Positions 12,651-26,019 of a DNA stretch of 64,000 bases are shown one piece after another. The notes beneath the pieces were generated by a model. That model saw nothing but the letters and a program-made list of their open reading frames with translations. It was not told the origin of the DNA and made no database searches. The DNA lies in the NCBI GenBank assembly GCA_030390025.1, contig CM059432.1, positions 130,078,001 to 130,142,000 on the forward strand. Direction: 5' to 3'. A program made the position numbers and the translations under genes. Source of the stretch: Squalus acanthias. Its lineage: Eukaryota. How positions within the stretch are numbered: the stretch's first letter is position 1; the number at the start of each line of letters is the position of its first letter.

Positions 12651-13185
12651 TGGGATGAGTTTTGAGACCCCCCACCTCAGTGCCCTGGGAAGGTGTGAAA
12701 GAACTTAGCATCCTGTTCCTGCCGTTACTGTGGCCGTCTCCATCTTGCCGGGGTCCTCCAAAGACGCTGCCCAGGCGGCCGCCTGAATCGGGCGTACAGC
12801 TGATTTCAATATTTAAATCAGGGTCTTCTGACATCAATAAGACCCCGATGCTGTTTTAGGGCAAAACTGGGCGGACTGTGTGCCATGCATGCTCCGCCCA
12901 GTATCAGCTAGTGGTTGGGCCGAGGAGGAGTTGACAGGTAAGTTTCACTTTAGTTTTGGGGGGCTAGGCGGAGCATGAGTGCTGCCCCCCCGGGCTGCAC
13001 TAAACCAGTCTGGGCTGCTGCTGCTCCGGCTTCTCCCCCTCCTCAGGACCTACTGTCTTCTGACCTGGAGGTCGGCCAGGTGGCCTTATATTGTGGTGGC
13101 TCGGGGCAGGCTGGCGGCCCTGAGGGGCTCGGTTTCCACCCCCTAACGGCCCCAATGTCCATGTGGGTGAAATTCGGTGAACTGT
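12651..13185. mobile_element. GC-rich Harbinger-like MITE remnant
   Basis: Abrupt GC/CpG-rich block truncating the CR1; the ends are not clearly resolved. Confidence 0.4.
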
Positions 13186-13642
13186 GACATTAATGAACAC
13201 GAGTTAGATTCAATTTGGTTCTGGTTTGGGGCGTCTTTACAGTTTCTTTAACAGTAAAATTATTTTATATATTTGGGTTCTATTAGAAAAAGACTGAAAA
13301 CATACATTGGCAATAATTCTACATTGAATGGAAAACAGTTGCTTTTAGGACTATTAATCAAATTCCCCCTGTGTCAAGCATCAGTCGTATTAAGGCCGAT
13401 TGGTTGACTATTTTGACAACGGCTGGAGATCAGGATGTGAAGGATGAGGCAGTAGCTCATCGGAAGATATCATCAGGGACAAATTACCTCTGGTTCTTCA
13501 GAACTGTAGTGCGCGGGATGGTTTAGGCTCCACACACCAGTTCTCACTCACCTATGACAGGAGTTGTAGATCCCTCATTGGCTCTGTATTATTAGTCCTT
13601 GTGAAGTCACCAGCAGGGCTGAACACTGTTGGCTCCATGCAA

Positions 13643-13900
13643 GTATTGGCGGCCGTGCCTTCAGTTGTAGAAGCCCGAAGCTCTGGAATTCCCTCCCTAA
13701 ACCTCTCCGCCTCTCTAACTCTTTCTCCTCCTTTAAGACGTTCCTTAAAAACGACCTCTTTGACCAAGCTTTTGGTCACCTGCCCTGATATCTCCTTCTG
13801 TGGCTCGGTGTCAAATATTAATAACGCTCTTGTGAAGCGCCGTGGGACGTTTTGCTACATTAAAGGCGCAATATAAATGCAATTGTTGTTTGTTGTTGTA
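13643..13900 (+). mobile_element. L2-type LINE 3' end
   Basis: GGRAFS...LWNSLP...FKT.LKT.LF motif and a (TTG)n tail; matches the reverse of 38125-38525. Confidence 0.8.
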
Positions 13901-14616
13901 TTGGTAGAAAAGTAAAAACATATAAAAGTGCAAGATCATGCCATGCAATGTGAAGTAGTTGTTAGATGTTTATGAAACAAAGGGGCAGATTTGTTGCTGT
14001 AATTACACTACTTTAGTGACATTAATGGGACAGGGGTGAACAATCGTCAGGGGGTTATTCTGCCGAGTTTCCACCCCCGTTCCTACCACTTCCAGGATTT
14101 TCCACTGGAGGTGATGGCAGGCGTTGAATATGCCTGCCAAGTATATCATACATGGCATTTCTCAACCTCACCATCACAGTAATGCTGTGTGGTAATAACG
14201 CCCAGTATGTTGCTCCTGTCCAGCAGTACAAAGAGCCAGTGGAAGGCCCTTCAAATTTTAAATTTTTCCCCTCAATGAATGGAATCAATCATGGGGTTTT
14301 CGATGTGCTCCTTCTGCATGCAATTGTTAAATTTTAGCCACAGAACGCCCCTGTCCGTATGCTGCCCTACAGGGGACAGCCCTGCTCCACTGCTGCAGTC
14401 ATTTTCCACTGTATGAGCCAGACTCCCCGGCACAGGGAGAAATTCCACAAGAGCCCACCTCAAACACCCAAATTAGACTGACCCCAGGAAATTCACTGGG
14501 GTCAACAGTAAAATAGTCGGAGGGCAGACAAACTTACGGCAGTATTGTTACCTAAGAGGAAAATCTCGAACAAAAATGGCCAAGATGTATTTCAACATAA
14601 CCCTTGGAAAGAAATA

Positions 14617-16662
14617 GGGAGCGAAATTGATCAGTGCTGCCAAATTGGAGCTCCACACTCCAGCCTACACCCTCTCTTAACCTCGGACAGCTGAACAAGC
14701 ATTAAGCAGCATGAAGGACCCACACCCTCACCACCAGCACTATTTAAAGGGATCATCAACTACTTGCAGGTTAGTTGCTGGGTTATTTCCTCTGGCTGGT
14801 GCTGCAATTCTATGAGTTTTGGGTGCTTTTCCATACTTGTTTAAAGTTTCAATAGTCTACAGGGAATGATCTGGTTGCTGCTGAAGTACTTTTTTGGTGA
14901 CTTAAAATCTTGTGCACAAACCAGTTGCTTCCAGAGATGGGTAGCCTAGTAGGGCTTCCTCTTGACATTGAACATGACTGGGTGCATGACCAGAGGCCAC
15001 ACAGAACAGGACAAGCTGCTAAAAGAGGGAGGAGGTGGAGGAGAAGAGGAGCTCTCAGCAATGCCCCTTCCCATAATGGCCAGCACTGTCTCCTCCATGG
15101 GGGTTAAAACGTGCCTCTCCCCCTCCCGTTAATTCCTGCTGCCTCCTGGTGTGCGCCACCTTCTCCTGCAGGAAAGAGGGAAGTATATCAGTGTCGTGCA
15201 ATATGTTTGAGTAATGTGGCTGTCATGTTTGAATAGCTGCCAATATGTGCAAGCTGTGAGATGTGGATGCGAGGCTTGCAACAGTGCTAAGTGTGTGAGG
15301 GTGAGATAAAGCGTATGAATGTTAGGTATGAGTCTTGATTGATAGAGATTGTTGGTAGGTGAGTGATTAGGGTGTAGTGAATTGAGCAGTGGATGAGGCT
15401 AGTGGTACAGTTGGTAAGATATGGGCCTAAGAACTCGGTTGATTTGCCCCTCCCTAAGAGGGCGCTAATGGGGCGCAAAGCAACTAGCGCCTGGGTGCGG
15501 CGCCGCCAACGCCTCCCACGAAATTCAGCGGGAGTTTAGCGGCGGGGCGGTAACCGTTAGCGCCCCGCGGCGCTGCGCCGCCAGCAATGACGTTATCACC
15601 GTGCACAACGCCCTGCTCACGCCCCGGCCATGATCTTCAGTAGCGGCCCCTGACTTACCGCCAGACGCTATGTCCGACGGGGTCAGGGAGGCCTACCTGC
15701 TGCTGAGGTGGCGCAAATTAAAGGGGAGATGCCGGGCGGCCATTTTTGTTGCTGGCCGCCTGCCAGCACCTGCCCCTTCTGCTGTCCCCGGCCTCCTCTG
15801 CAGCCCCCCCCCCCCCCCCACCCCCGCGGAGCGCCAGCTGCACTCCGTGAACCTGGCACTTCTCTTAAGTGCCGGGCTCTTTTGCCGGCACTCAGATCCC
15901 TGGTGGCCCAGCTGGGCCCCGGGTCGCACTGCGCTACGCCCCTCTCCTTTAAGAAGGGGAGGAAGGCCTGCAGTACCGCGGCGCGACGTGCGGCAGAGCG
16001 TGGCCCTCTTGGGGCGTTACTGGTGAATTTCGGCCACGGGGGTGCTAAAAGTAGTGCCCCGGCGAAGTTGGCGCCCCAAAGGGGGCGCGACTCAATTTTT
16101 CCCCCCATTGTATTTGAAGATGCATTCACTGATCTTGACCACTTGTGTGAGATCATTAAACTTCTTCCTGCACTGCATCCAAATCCTTGGGGCTAGACTC
16201 CTGGCACTGAGCTCCGCCGCTATCTCTTGCTTTCTGAGCATATGTCTGGAGGGCCTTCAGCCCCCCGGAGGATACAGGAAATCTCTCCTTCTTTCTACCT
16301 CTTCCACCAAGACCTCCAGTGTAGCGTTCAAAAACCTCGGTGCTCGCTCTATCCCATAGTCAGCCACTGTTGAAACTTCCACATCACAATATTCAGAATG
16401 ATCTCAGCGCCACCAACAGCCACAGCAGCCCTTTTAAGAGGTGCAGGCTGGCTTTAAGTAGTGCAAGCTAGCCAGGCACTCATAATATTGGGCCCCCTGC
16501 TGACGTGTGCACCCAGCGCTGTTGATTGGCTGCACACAGCAATCATGGAAATGAGCAGGCTACACCAAGTTGTATCCTGCCTGCAGTGCAATCAACGGGC
16601 GCAGGTTAATCACGCATTGAGATCCCTGCGCCCATTTTCGGTGGTTATCCAATATAACCCCC
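14617..16662. mobile_element. Harbinger derivative with degenerate Myb/SANT exon (~16120-16357, minus)
   Basis: Right end is the reverse complement of the 62915 end. Peptide remnants RAPRFLNATLEVLVEE and WMQCRKKFNDL. Confidence 0.75.
15423..16106. mobile_element. Harbinger MITE nested in 14617-16662
   Basis: Both ends resemble the ends of 2412-3297 in reverse orientation. The flanks are contiguous in related copies (~40010-40045). Confidence 0.8.
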
Positions 16663-16727
16663 ATGCTCCTTACCCCAATCTCTTGTATGAAAATGCAGAA
16701 AACCAATTTCTGATGAGGTTGTGAATT

Positions 16728-17100
16728 ATGGTAGTGTAGTGATTGTATTATTGAACTAGCAACCCGGAGATCCAGGAAAGCTGTGAAATCAAATTCAATA
16801 AGGCTCGTAATTTGTGGGCTTTTTGTGGAAAAATGCCCATGAAAGCTGCCAGATTGTCATAACAGTTCAATTGGTTCACTACTGTCCTTTAGGGAAGGGA
16901 ACCTTCCGCCCCTACACCCTCTGACCTACATGTCTATACTACATGGTTGACTCATAATGCCCTCTGCTGTGGGACAAGGAAACGATTCACTTACATAAAC
17001 AATCACCAAGAAGGTCCACCAACTTCTCAGGGCAGCAAGGGATGGGCAATAAATACAGCCTTGCCAGCATTGCCCACATCCCCAAGAACAAATAAAAATA
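16728..17100 (+). mobile_element. Degenerate SINE sharing its 3' tail with the 21932-23700 LINE
   Basis: Tail GGGATGGGCAATAAATACAGCCTTGCCAGC...CCCACATCCC matches 23648-23692. Confidence 0.65.
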
Positions 17101-17163
17101 AGACCAGGTGCTATAGCCACCTTCTGACAGCTAAGGGAATGGGTGAAAGCTTCTTTAAACATT

Positions 17164-17913
17164 GGCCCAGAAATTCGGTGCTTGTCAGGTGAGTACGCGC
17201 TGTGTACTCACCCGTAAGGCCACTTGAAGTGACGGTTTCCTGCATGCGCGGGAAACCGGAACTTCCGGTCTCGTGACGGGAGGGGTTCAGAGGTGAACCG
17301 CGTGCGTGGGAGAGGCTGCGCGCACACAGCGAACTTCCGGTTTTTTTCAGGTTTCTCTGGGAAGGTAAGTATGGAAGAAGCTGCGCTTTTAAAAAGGAGG
17401 CGCAGGACCCGTTTTTAACAAGGTAAGTGGTTAATTAATTACAATTTTTAAAAAATGTCAACAGGTTTATCTTTTTTAGATACTTTAAAGAAAGGTAAGT
17501 TTATTTTTAGCACCGTTAAAAAGTATTTTAATTTTTTCAAAAATTTAAATTTTTGTTTAAAGTAGTTAATTTATTTAACTTATAGTTATTTTCAAAATGT
17601 GATTTTTTTAAAATGTATTTGAAGTTTAGGTGTTGTTTTGGGGCCGATTTCAATTCATAGATTTGACAGGTCTTCCTGTCAAATCTATGAATGAAAATGG
17701 CCTGCTAGGATTGGCTCTCCATGGCCCACGTGATCCCAGGGGACGCTTCGAACTAACTGCGCCCCTGGGACACGCAAGCACTGCGCGCCGGCAGCTGCAG
17801 GAGGCCCAGGACACAAAGTTCTCGTGGGCCCAAAACACAATGGCAGGAGCGGTAGGTAAGTACGCGCGCGATGCTTGCACCCGCAGGAAGCCGGAAAACC
17901 GAATTTCTGGCCC
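17164..17913. mobile_element. Harbinger-type MITE
   Basis: TIRs GGCCCAGAAATTCGGT / ACCGAATTTCTGGCCC with ATT TSD on both sides. Confidence 0.88.
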
Positions 17914-19535
17914 ATTATAAGGCAATATAACGTGCTGAAAACCAGCATGTATTTGAATACCTTAATTGATCTTCTGTAGTGTTGCTCTGCAGGTTCAGTC
18001 CCAACACTGGGATCGCTGTCACTGGGCCCTCCGCTGGGACTTAACAGGGTCAGCAGAAAAACACCAAATCTGCTTGAGGCTGGCTGGCGCCCACACCATT
18101 ATTGGCGCATCTCCGGCACCCACCAGCCCCAAGCTGCCAGAGAATCTGTTACCTGCCCTCCATTGTGGGTGGGTTCACCTAGCCCCCTCCAATCTCACTG
18201 TTTTGTATTCCATTCCTCAGAGGTTCAGGCTGCTTCCCTAGTCCTCAACTCCCTTGGCGAGGCCCACTTCTGCCAACGCTGGAGGGCGGCACGCCTCGTC
18301 TCACTCAGTTTACTGGCCCAGCTTTAACCCCGGGGCCACCCCTTGAGATCACTAGCCTTGTAAGGGGCGAGTGGAGGTTCTGTCTCTTACAAGCCTGACC
18401 AGAAAATATGGGAAATTCCTGTACCGATTCCTGCCATTTTCCGGTGGCTTCTGCCAGACTCTCACTGGAGTTATAGTGGGAGTCCAGCAGAGCCCCTGAG
18501 ATAATTTGGGGATAACCTGTCTGTCTGCTTGTCTTCCACTATCTCTCTCTTCCTGCTTCTCTTTTCTATATGGCTCTAATATATTGGAGCCAATCTTCAT
18601 CTCCGTATTGCACTATAAGTGCTTGCAATTGGAGCATTTTGGATCCAAAATTTGGCTGGAGATGAGTTAGACTGGATCCCCAGCTTCAGTGCGAGCCATG
18701 GAGATTTCCAGTTGCAAATTATAACGGCACAGGAAGGTTCTGCCAGAAGTAGATGGAAGTTTCATTTAAGAAAAGAAAGAAAGGAATGTTTTCATGTCCC
18801 CAGAATGTCCCAAAGCGTTGCACAGCCAATGCATTACTTTTAACATGTAGTCGTCATTGTTTTGTATGCAATTATTTAATAGGATGACATTAAGATAAAT
18901 TGACATCATGTAAATGTCAATGTGTGTTTCCAAAACAGTTTTTTTGGTACTTCAGCTAGTATTTTTCCCCTCTTTTTTGGGCCAACTTGTGGCTGGTGGG
19001 ATTTGTAGTCAGGATTTTCAAGCACCCATTTTAGGTTACAGCTACTCCTTGCGACAATTGGTCTCCCTGTAGGAATCCCTCTTTGTTTGTGCTATTTGGA
19101 TGAAGGAAAAGGAATGCATGGATGCCAGTCAGGGCAAGTTACTATATAAGGAATGCAGCTACCTGCCAATACTTTCCCAACTGCATATGAGTCAAAGTCG
19201 GACTTACCTGGGCTTGTCTGGGGAACAATGTATACCGAGGCTACATTTCATCAGGGTGCTGCGGGACTCATTCAAAAGGCTCTCATTGAGCTGACTTTCT
19301 GATAATTACCTCTTCCATGCCAGGGTTGCCCACAAAAACTGTTCTTTCACCTATATTGTTTTCACCTCCTATTAAACTGCCAATCATAGCATTCCTGTAA
19401 CTTGTTGATACGTGTATCCAACACTATAACAAGAACACACTCTGGAATCAGTACTACTGAAGTGCTGCCAAGTTTTATTACCCTAAATGTGATCATTGCA
19501 TATAGCTACTATTTGCCACCATGGTGCTTTCCTTT

Positions 19536-21308
19536 GAACATAAGAAATAGGAGCAGGAGTAGGCCATACGGCCCTTCGAGCCTGCTCCGCCATTCAATAA
19601 GATCATGGCTGATCTTCAACCTCAGCACCACTTTCCCGCCCGATCTCCATATCCCTTGATTCCCCTAGAGTCCAAAAATCTATCTATCTCAGCCTTGAAT
19701 ATACTCAACGACTCAGCATCCACAGCCCCTTGGGTAGAAAATTCCAAAGATTCACAACCCTCTGAGTGAAGAAATTCCTCCTCATCTCAGTCTTTAATGG
19801 TCGACCCCTTATCCTGAGACTATGCCCCCTAGTTCTAGACTCTCTAGCTAGGGGAAACAACCTCTCAGCATCTACCCTGTCAATCCCCCTCAGAATCTTA
19901 TATGTTTCAATGAGATCACCTCTCATTCTTCTAAAATCCAGAGAGTATAGGCCCAATCTACTGAATCTCACCTCATAGGACAACCTCTCATCCCAGGAAT
20001 CAATCTAGTGAACCTTCGTTGCACCGCCTCTAAGGCAAGTATATCCTTCCTTAGATAAGGAGACCAAAAACTGTGCACAGTACTCCAGGTGTGGTCTCAC
20101 CAAAGCCCTGTACAATTGTAGCAAGACTTCCTACTCTTATACTCCAACCCCCTTGCAATAAAGGCAAACATACTATTTGCCTTCCTAATTACTTGCTGTA
20201 CCCTCTGTGTTTCTTGTACTGGGACACCTAAACCTCTCTAAACACCAACAATTAATAGTTTCTCACCATTTAAAAAATATTCTGTTTTTCTATTCTTCCT
20301 ATCAAAGTGAATAGCCTCACATTTCCTCACATTATACTCCATCTGCCACCTTATTGCCCACTCACTTAACCTGCCTATATCCCTTTGCTGGCTCTTTGCG
20401 TCCTCCTCACATCTTACTTTTCCACCTAGCTTTGCATCATCAACAAACCTGGATACATTGCACTCGGTCCCTTCATCTAAGTCATTAATATAGATTGTAA
20501 ATAGCTGAGGCCCAAGCACTGATCCTTTAGGCACCCCACTAGTTACAGCCTGCCAATCTGAAAATGACCCGTTTATCCCTACTCTGTTTTCTGTCTGTTA
20601 ACCAATCCTTTATCCATGCTAATATATTACCCTCTACCCCATGTGCCCTTATCTTGCTTAACAACTTTTTATGTGGCACCTTATCAAATGCCTTTTGGAA
20701 ATCCAAATATATTACATCCACTGGTTCCCCTGTATCTACCCTGCTAGTTACATCCTCAAAAAACTCTAATAAATTTGTCAAACATGATTTACCTTTCAGA
20801 AAACCATGCTGACTCTGCCTAATCATAGTATGATTTTCTAAGTGCCCTTTTACCACTTCCTTAATAATGGATTCCAGCATTTTCCCAACAACTGATCAGG
20901 CTAACTGGCCTGTAGTTCCCTGTTTTCTCTCTTCCTCCTTTCTTGAATAGCAGGGTTACATTTGCTACCTTCCAATCCGCTGGAACCATACCTGAATCTA
21001 GGGAATTTTGGAAGATCACAACCAATGCATCCACCATCTCTGCAGCCACCTCTTTTAGAACCCTAGGATGTAGGCCATCAGGGCTAACGGATTTGTCGGC
21101 TTTTAGTCCCATTAGTTTCTCAAGTACTTTTCTCTACTGGTATTAATTACTTTAAGTTCCTCGCTCTCATTAGTCCCTCGGTAATCTATTATTTCTGGTA
21201 TACTTTTTGTGTCTTCTACTGTGAAGACAGATACAAAATATTTGTTTAAAGTCTCTGCCATTTCCTTGTTCCCTAATATAATTTCTCCTGTTTCAGCCTC
21301 TAAGGGGC
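19536..21308 (-). mobile_element. CR1 LINE fragment
   Basis: RT ORFs 20861-21112, 20539-20880, 20238-20534 and 19705-19983, plus tail. Confidence 0.95.
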
Positions 21309-21931
21309 CATGATGACGATGTGTGCCTGATGTGCTACACCACCTAATCTAGTGCTTATATTACGTGCTATCCTGGTGGTTGCTGTATGTGAGCAGGATG
21401 CCTGCTGTGCGCACATTGCAGGCTCTTGGGAGTGAGGTGATCCTCAACCGCTGTAAAGACGGGCCTTAGGTGACCCAGCTGCACGTTATACCACTCAAGC
21501 AACGGAGGGGGCAGCCTGGCTGAGGCGGCTTTCTCTCACATGTCCAGTCATCAGAGGGGTGGTCTGAGGTTGAGGATGTGTTGTCATCCTGAGAGACAGC
21601 AACATTATCCATGCCCATTTCTACTGGGTTACCATCTCACCATACCTACTGACATGTGTGATAGGCCCATTGGCAGCAATGAGATTGTTGAAGCCTCTGT
21701 CTAGGGCTCTGTCCATGTGACCCTGAAGCCTGTCCAAGACAGAGGAGACAGCCTATTGCACATTGCAGCCCAACTGCTGTATGGCAGCAGTCTGAGCATT
21801 CATGAGCGATGCTACAATTGGCCTTAGGGCCTCTGCCACAGGCATTGCTTGCTGTAGATGCCTCTGGAGTTGCCACGGCTCCACGGCAGACTACATTGTC
21901 TTAATTCCATATACTAACAGAGCATACGACT

Positions 21932-23700
21932 AATGGGAGGAGGAGGCACCATGAATATCCCCATCCTCAATGATGGTGGAGCCCAGCACGTGAGTGCAAA
22001 AGACAAGGCTGAAGCTTTGCAACCATCTTCAGCCAGAAGTGCCGAGTGGATGACCCATATCGGCCTATTCCTGAGGTCCCCACCATCACAGAAGCAAGTC
22101 TTCAGCCAATTCGATTCACTCCACGTGATATCAAGAAACGGCTGAGTGCACTGGATACAGCAAAGGCTATGGGCCCCGACAACATCCCGGCTATCATGCT
22201 GAAGAGTTGTGCTCCAGAACTAGCCATGACTCTAGCCAAGCTGTTCCATTACAGCCACAACACTGGCATCTATCCGACAATGTGGAAAACTGTCCAGGTA
22301 TGTCGTGTCCACAAAAAGCAGAACAAATCCAATCCGGCCAATTAATGCCCCGTCAGTCTACTCTCAATCATCAGCAAAGTGATGGAAGGTGTCATCGACA
22401 GTGCTATCAAGCAGCACTTACTCACCGATAATCTGCTCACTGATGCCCAGTTTGGGTTCCGACAAGACCACTTGGCTCCCAACCTCATTACAGCCTTGGC
22501 CGAAACATGGACAAAGGAGCTGAATTCCAGAGGTGAGGTGAGAGTGACTGCCCTTGACATCAAGGCAGCATTTGACCGGGTGTGGCATCAAGGAGCCCTA
22601 GTAAAACTGAAGTCAATGGGAATCAGGGGGAAAACTCTCCATTGGCTGGAGTCATATCTAGCACAAAGGAAGATGATTGTGGTAGTTGGAGGTCAATCAT
22701 CACAGCCCCAGGACATCGCTGCAGGAGTTCCTCAGGACAGTGTCCTAGGCCCAACCATCTTCAGCTGCTTCATCAATGACCTTCCCTCCAACATAAGGTC
22801 AGAAATGGGGATGTTTGCTGGTGACTGCACAGTGTTCAGCACCATTCACAACTCCTCAGATAATAAAGCAGTCCATGCCCGCATGCAACAAGACCTGGAC
22901 GACGTTCAGGCTTGGGCTGATAAATGGCAAGTAACATTCGCGCCACAGAAGTGTCAGGCAATGACTATCTCCAACAAGCAAGAGTCTCCCCTTGACATTC
23001 TACAGCATTACCATCGCCGAATCCCCCACCATCAACATCCTGGGGGTCACTATTGACCAGAAACTTAACTGGACCAGCCACATAAATACTGTGGCAACAA
23101 GAGCAGGTCAGAGGCTAGGTATTCTGCGGTGAGTGCCTCACCTCCTGACTCCCCAAAGCCTTTCCACCATCCACAAGGCACAAGTAAGGAGTGTGATGGA
23201 ATACTCTCCACTTGCCTGGATGAGTGCAGCTCCAACAACACTCAAGAAGCTCGACACCATCCAGGACAAAGCAACCCGCTTGATTTGCACCCCATCCACC
23301 ACCTTAAACATTCACTCCCTCCACCACTGGCATACCGTGGCTGCAGTGTGTACCATCTACAAGATGCACTGCAGCAACTCGCCAAGGCTTTTTCAGCAGC
23401 ACCTCTCAAACACGCGACCTCTTCCACCTAGAAGGACAAGGGCAACAGGCGCATGGGAACACCACTACCTCCAAGTTCCCGTCCAAGTCACACACCACCC
23501 TGACTTGGAAATATAGCGCCGATCCTTCATCGTCGCTGGGTCAAAATCCTGGAACTCCCTGCCTAACAGCACTGTGGGAGTACCTTCATCACACGGACTG
23601 CAGCGGCTCAAGAAGATGGCGCACCACCACCTTCTCGAGGGCAATTAGGGATGGGCAATAAATGCTGGCCTTGCCAGCGACGCCCACATCCCATAAAAAT
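21932..23700 (+). mobile_element. Second CR1-group LINE family (Zenon/Crack-like RT)
   Basis: ORFs 22046-22345, 22379-23056 (LDIKAAFDRVWH, GVPQDSVLGP) and 23133-23516; distinct 3' tail. Confidence 0.9.
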
Positions 23701-23829
23701 GAATTTAAAAAAAAATACATACAGGCTGTGGCGTCCTCCACACTAACCATCAAGTGGCAAAGGTTGCTTAACACATTTTCCAATTCTGTAGCAAATTTGA
23801 TGCACAGAAAGCATCTATGTTAAAAAAGA

Positions 23830-24260
23830 AACATGTCCTTGAGGCCCAGATTCCAGTCCTAACACAGCTGCATGTGGCACTCCTAGAGAAAGAAAAATAG
23901 GAACTGGACTTTTACGCTTCTGGGTCATTCCAAGCTGCCACTGGGGACATTAATAACTTTAATAGCGCAAGTCACAGAGGAATTGTTTGCTAGAGCAAGC
24001 CAGTTCACCTACCTCCCCATGGTAACCAACAGTCGCATGACAAAGCATTGCAATTTTACAGAGTGGCAGGCTTCCCCAAAGAGTCATAGATTGCCCCCAT
24101 GTAGCCATATGTTCTTCCTTAATCAATTCCATTACCTGTATCAAGAGGAAATGATTCTACTTTCACAATGCTACTTTTTGGGGGTATGGATGTTAAATAT
24201 TTTCTCATGTTCAATGTCACCAACCCATTCCCAAAGTACTTCCCAGCCAAGACCTCACTT
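23830..24260 (+). pseudogene. Old degraded Harbinger transposase remnant
   Basis: Translates piecewise as FYASGSFQAATGDI and FYRVAGFP..IDCPHVAI, matching the 669-1916 protein. Confidence 0.7.
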
Positions 24261-24979
24261 CCCCTATGATCCAGAGAGCGCTTTTGTTGCCCAATATCCA
24301 GTAATTATAATATAGAATCCTTACCCTGTACACCAGCTATTGGAATGTATCACGTACTGCCATACCATTCTTCTCTCTTCAAAAGTGGCCTTAATATGCA
24401 TTCTATCCGGACTGAGAACTCTGGCGTTCAACAGACAAATGGTTTGATTTACATGAGGTGAATGGATGAACATTAAACAGTATACCGCTTTGTAATATGC
24501 ATTTCTCTACCTTCCTTGATATGTAAAACAATAAAGTTACTGCCAACTTCCTCCCCAAACATGCATTTTAACCAGAAGTTTACTTGTTGCAGCTCCAAAC
24601 TGACTGAGCTCCTCACCTAGTTGGCACAAGACTTCAAAACACAAAACTGTTTGCTGCGTACTTAAGACTTGCTGCAAGCTGATAAATGAAGCCCAATATA
24701 ATTCTGCAATAGGAGACCTCTGACCACTGTCTTGTGATTTTTTTTTTAGAAATCACACAAAATCACTTTGATTTAAAACATTTAAACATAACTCAGTCCC
24801 AAATCATTTCAGGGAAAGAAAAATTGATCAAACATTCCAAACTATGACAGATAGCCAACCATTGACAATGGCAAGGATGTTGGCGATTGCACGTAGTGGC
24901 TCTTGTTGATTCAAAGTTCACACCTCAGACGACCCATTGTGTTGATCATAGAAACTCGCACCGTGTGGAATCTTTGCAG

Positions 24980-25010
24980 TCAAACTCTGTGGTCCGAGCT
25001 GATGGTCTTT
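24980..25010 (-). CDS. Putative last coding exon of unidentified host gene (…RKTISSDHRV*)
   Basis: Acceptor tttttcaacag; phase-compatible with exon 25261-25330; TGA at 24980-24982. Confidence 0.55.
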
Positions 25011-25260
25011 CTGTTGAAAAATGCTTTGTGTGTTAGCCCTTACATTCTGTTTCTAACAATACAAAGTACATTTTTGTCACACTCAATGTTCCCCTTATTT
25101 GTGACTCGGAGAACTGAGTCATGCCTTCATTTTAAGGCAGGTCACCGTGCTTGTGTTGTTTGACCCAGAAAAGAAAGTCTCTGGCTGATCTGAGAGATCA
25201 AGGTTACAATCTACAGCCATGGCTGCCAACTTTCGCAGGACACCATCCAAGCACTCTTAC

Positions 25261-25330
25261 CTTCCACCAAAGTCACCACGGAGCACACTATTGAAATTCT
25301 GAAGACGTACATCAGGTGCTTGGATAAGAT
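25261..25330 (-). CDS. Putative internal exon, 70 nt (DLIQAPDVRLQNFNSVLRGDFGGR)
   Basis: Acceptor ccctccag, donor AAG|gtaaga, non-repetitive context. Confidence 0.65.
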
Positions 25331-25644
25331 CTGGAGGGTGCACGCAAATATAGTCTGATTAAGGTATCAGGGAGCATGGTTTTGTGCTGCATGCTGCTCA
25401 ACTTGGCATTACAAAGAGACCTTCTGTGAAGCCTCAGAGAAGCAGATTACTCAATGGGCTGCAACGATATCAACTAGCAGCATCTGTAACAGGATGTGAA
25501 GGAAAATCTGCTGCCAGCTGCAAGAGACATTCGTGCCAATCTGATATGAGAAACCTTCTTTTGTTTATCAAACCTGCCCAGTGCATGATCAGTCCTGTCT
25601 ATAACTTCCCTCTTGCCACCACAAAAACAGTCCACAAGATAACT

Positions 25645-26010
25645 CTGAATGAGGGAGGCCATTCCATCCACCTTGACTCATCCATCCAGAACCACATTAC
25701 AGTTGCTCTGTTGCAGCAATCAATTGTCTTTTGAATGATTCCATGGTTTTCACCTCTACCAAGGAGTCCATTCTATTTTTTGATCAGTTTTCTTTGTGAA
25801 AAAGAAGTTCCTGATATAATTCCTAAATTGGCTTTTACTAGTTTGAACCTGTGCCCTTGGTCCAACTCTCGCAATTTACTTTAAAGTAATAATCAGGATC
25901 GACCTTCTCCATACCCTTAACCACTTTGTATACCTCTATAACATTGCCTCTCAGGCACCTCCTTTCCAGACTCAAGAGCTCACAAGTCTCCCCTGTCTTT
26001 CTTCAGAACT
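25645..26010 (-). mobile_element. Old CR1 3' fragment
   Basis: Degenerate tail and RRCLRGNVIEVYK motif. Confidence 0.6.
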
Positions 26011-26019
26011 CTAACACTG

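Noticed and set aside
15423..16106. CpG-island-like blocks with many overlapping ORFs
   Set aside because: Explained by GC-rich Harbinger MITEs with TIRs; no promoter or coding evidence.
24918..25010. Alternative frame KDHQLGPQ...GSSEV* with a PDZ-like end
   Set aside because: Needs a phase-0 junction; the matching frame of exon 25261-25330 contains a stop.
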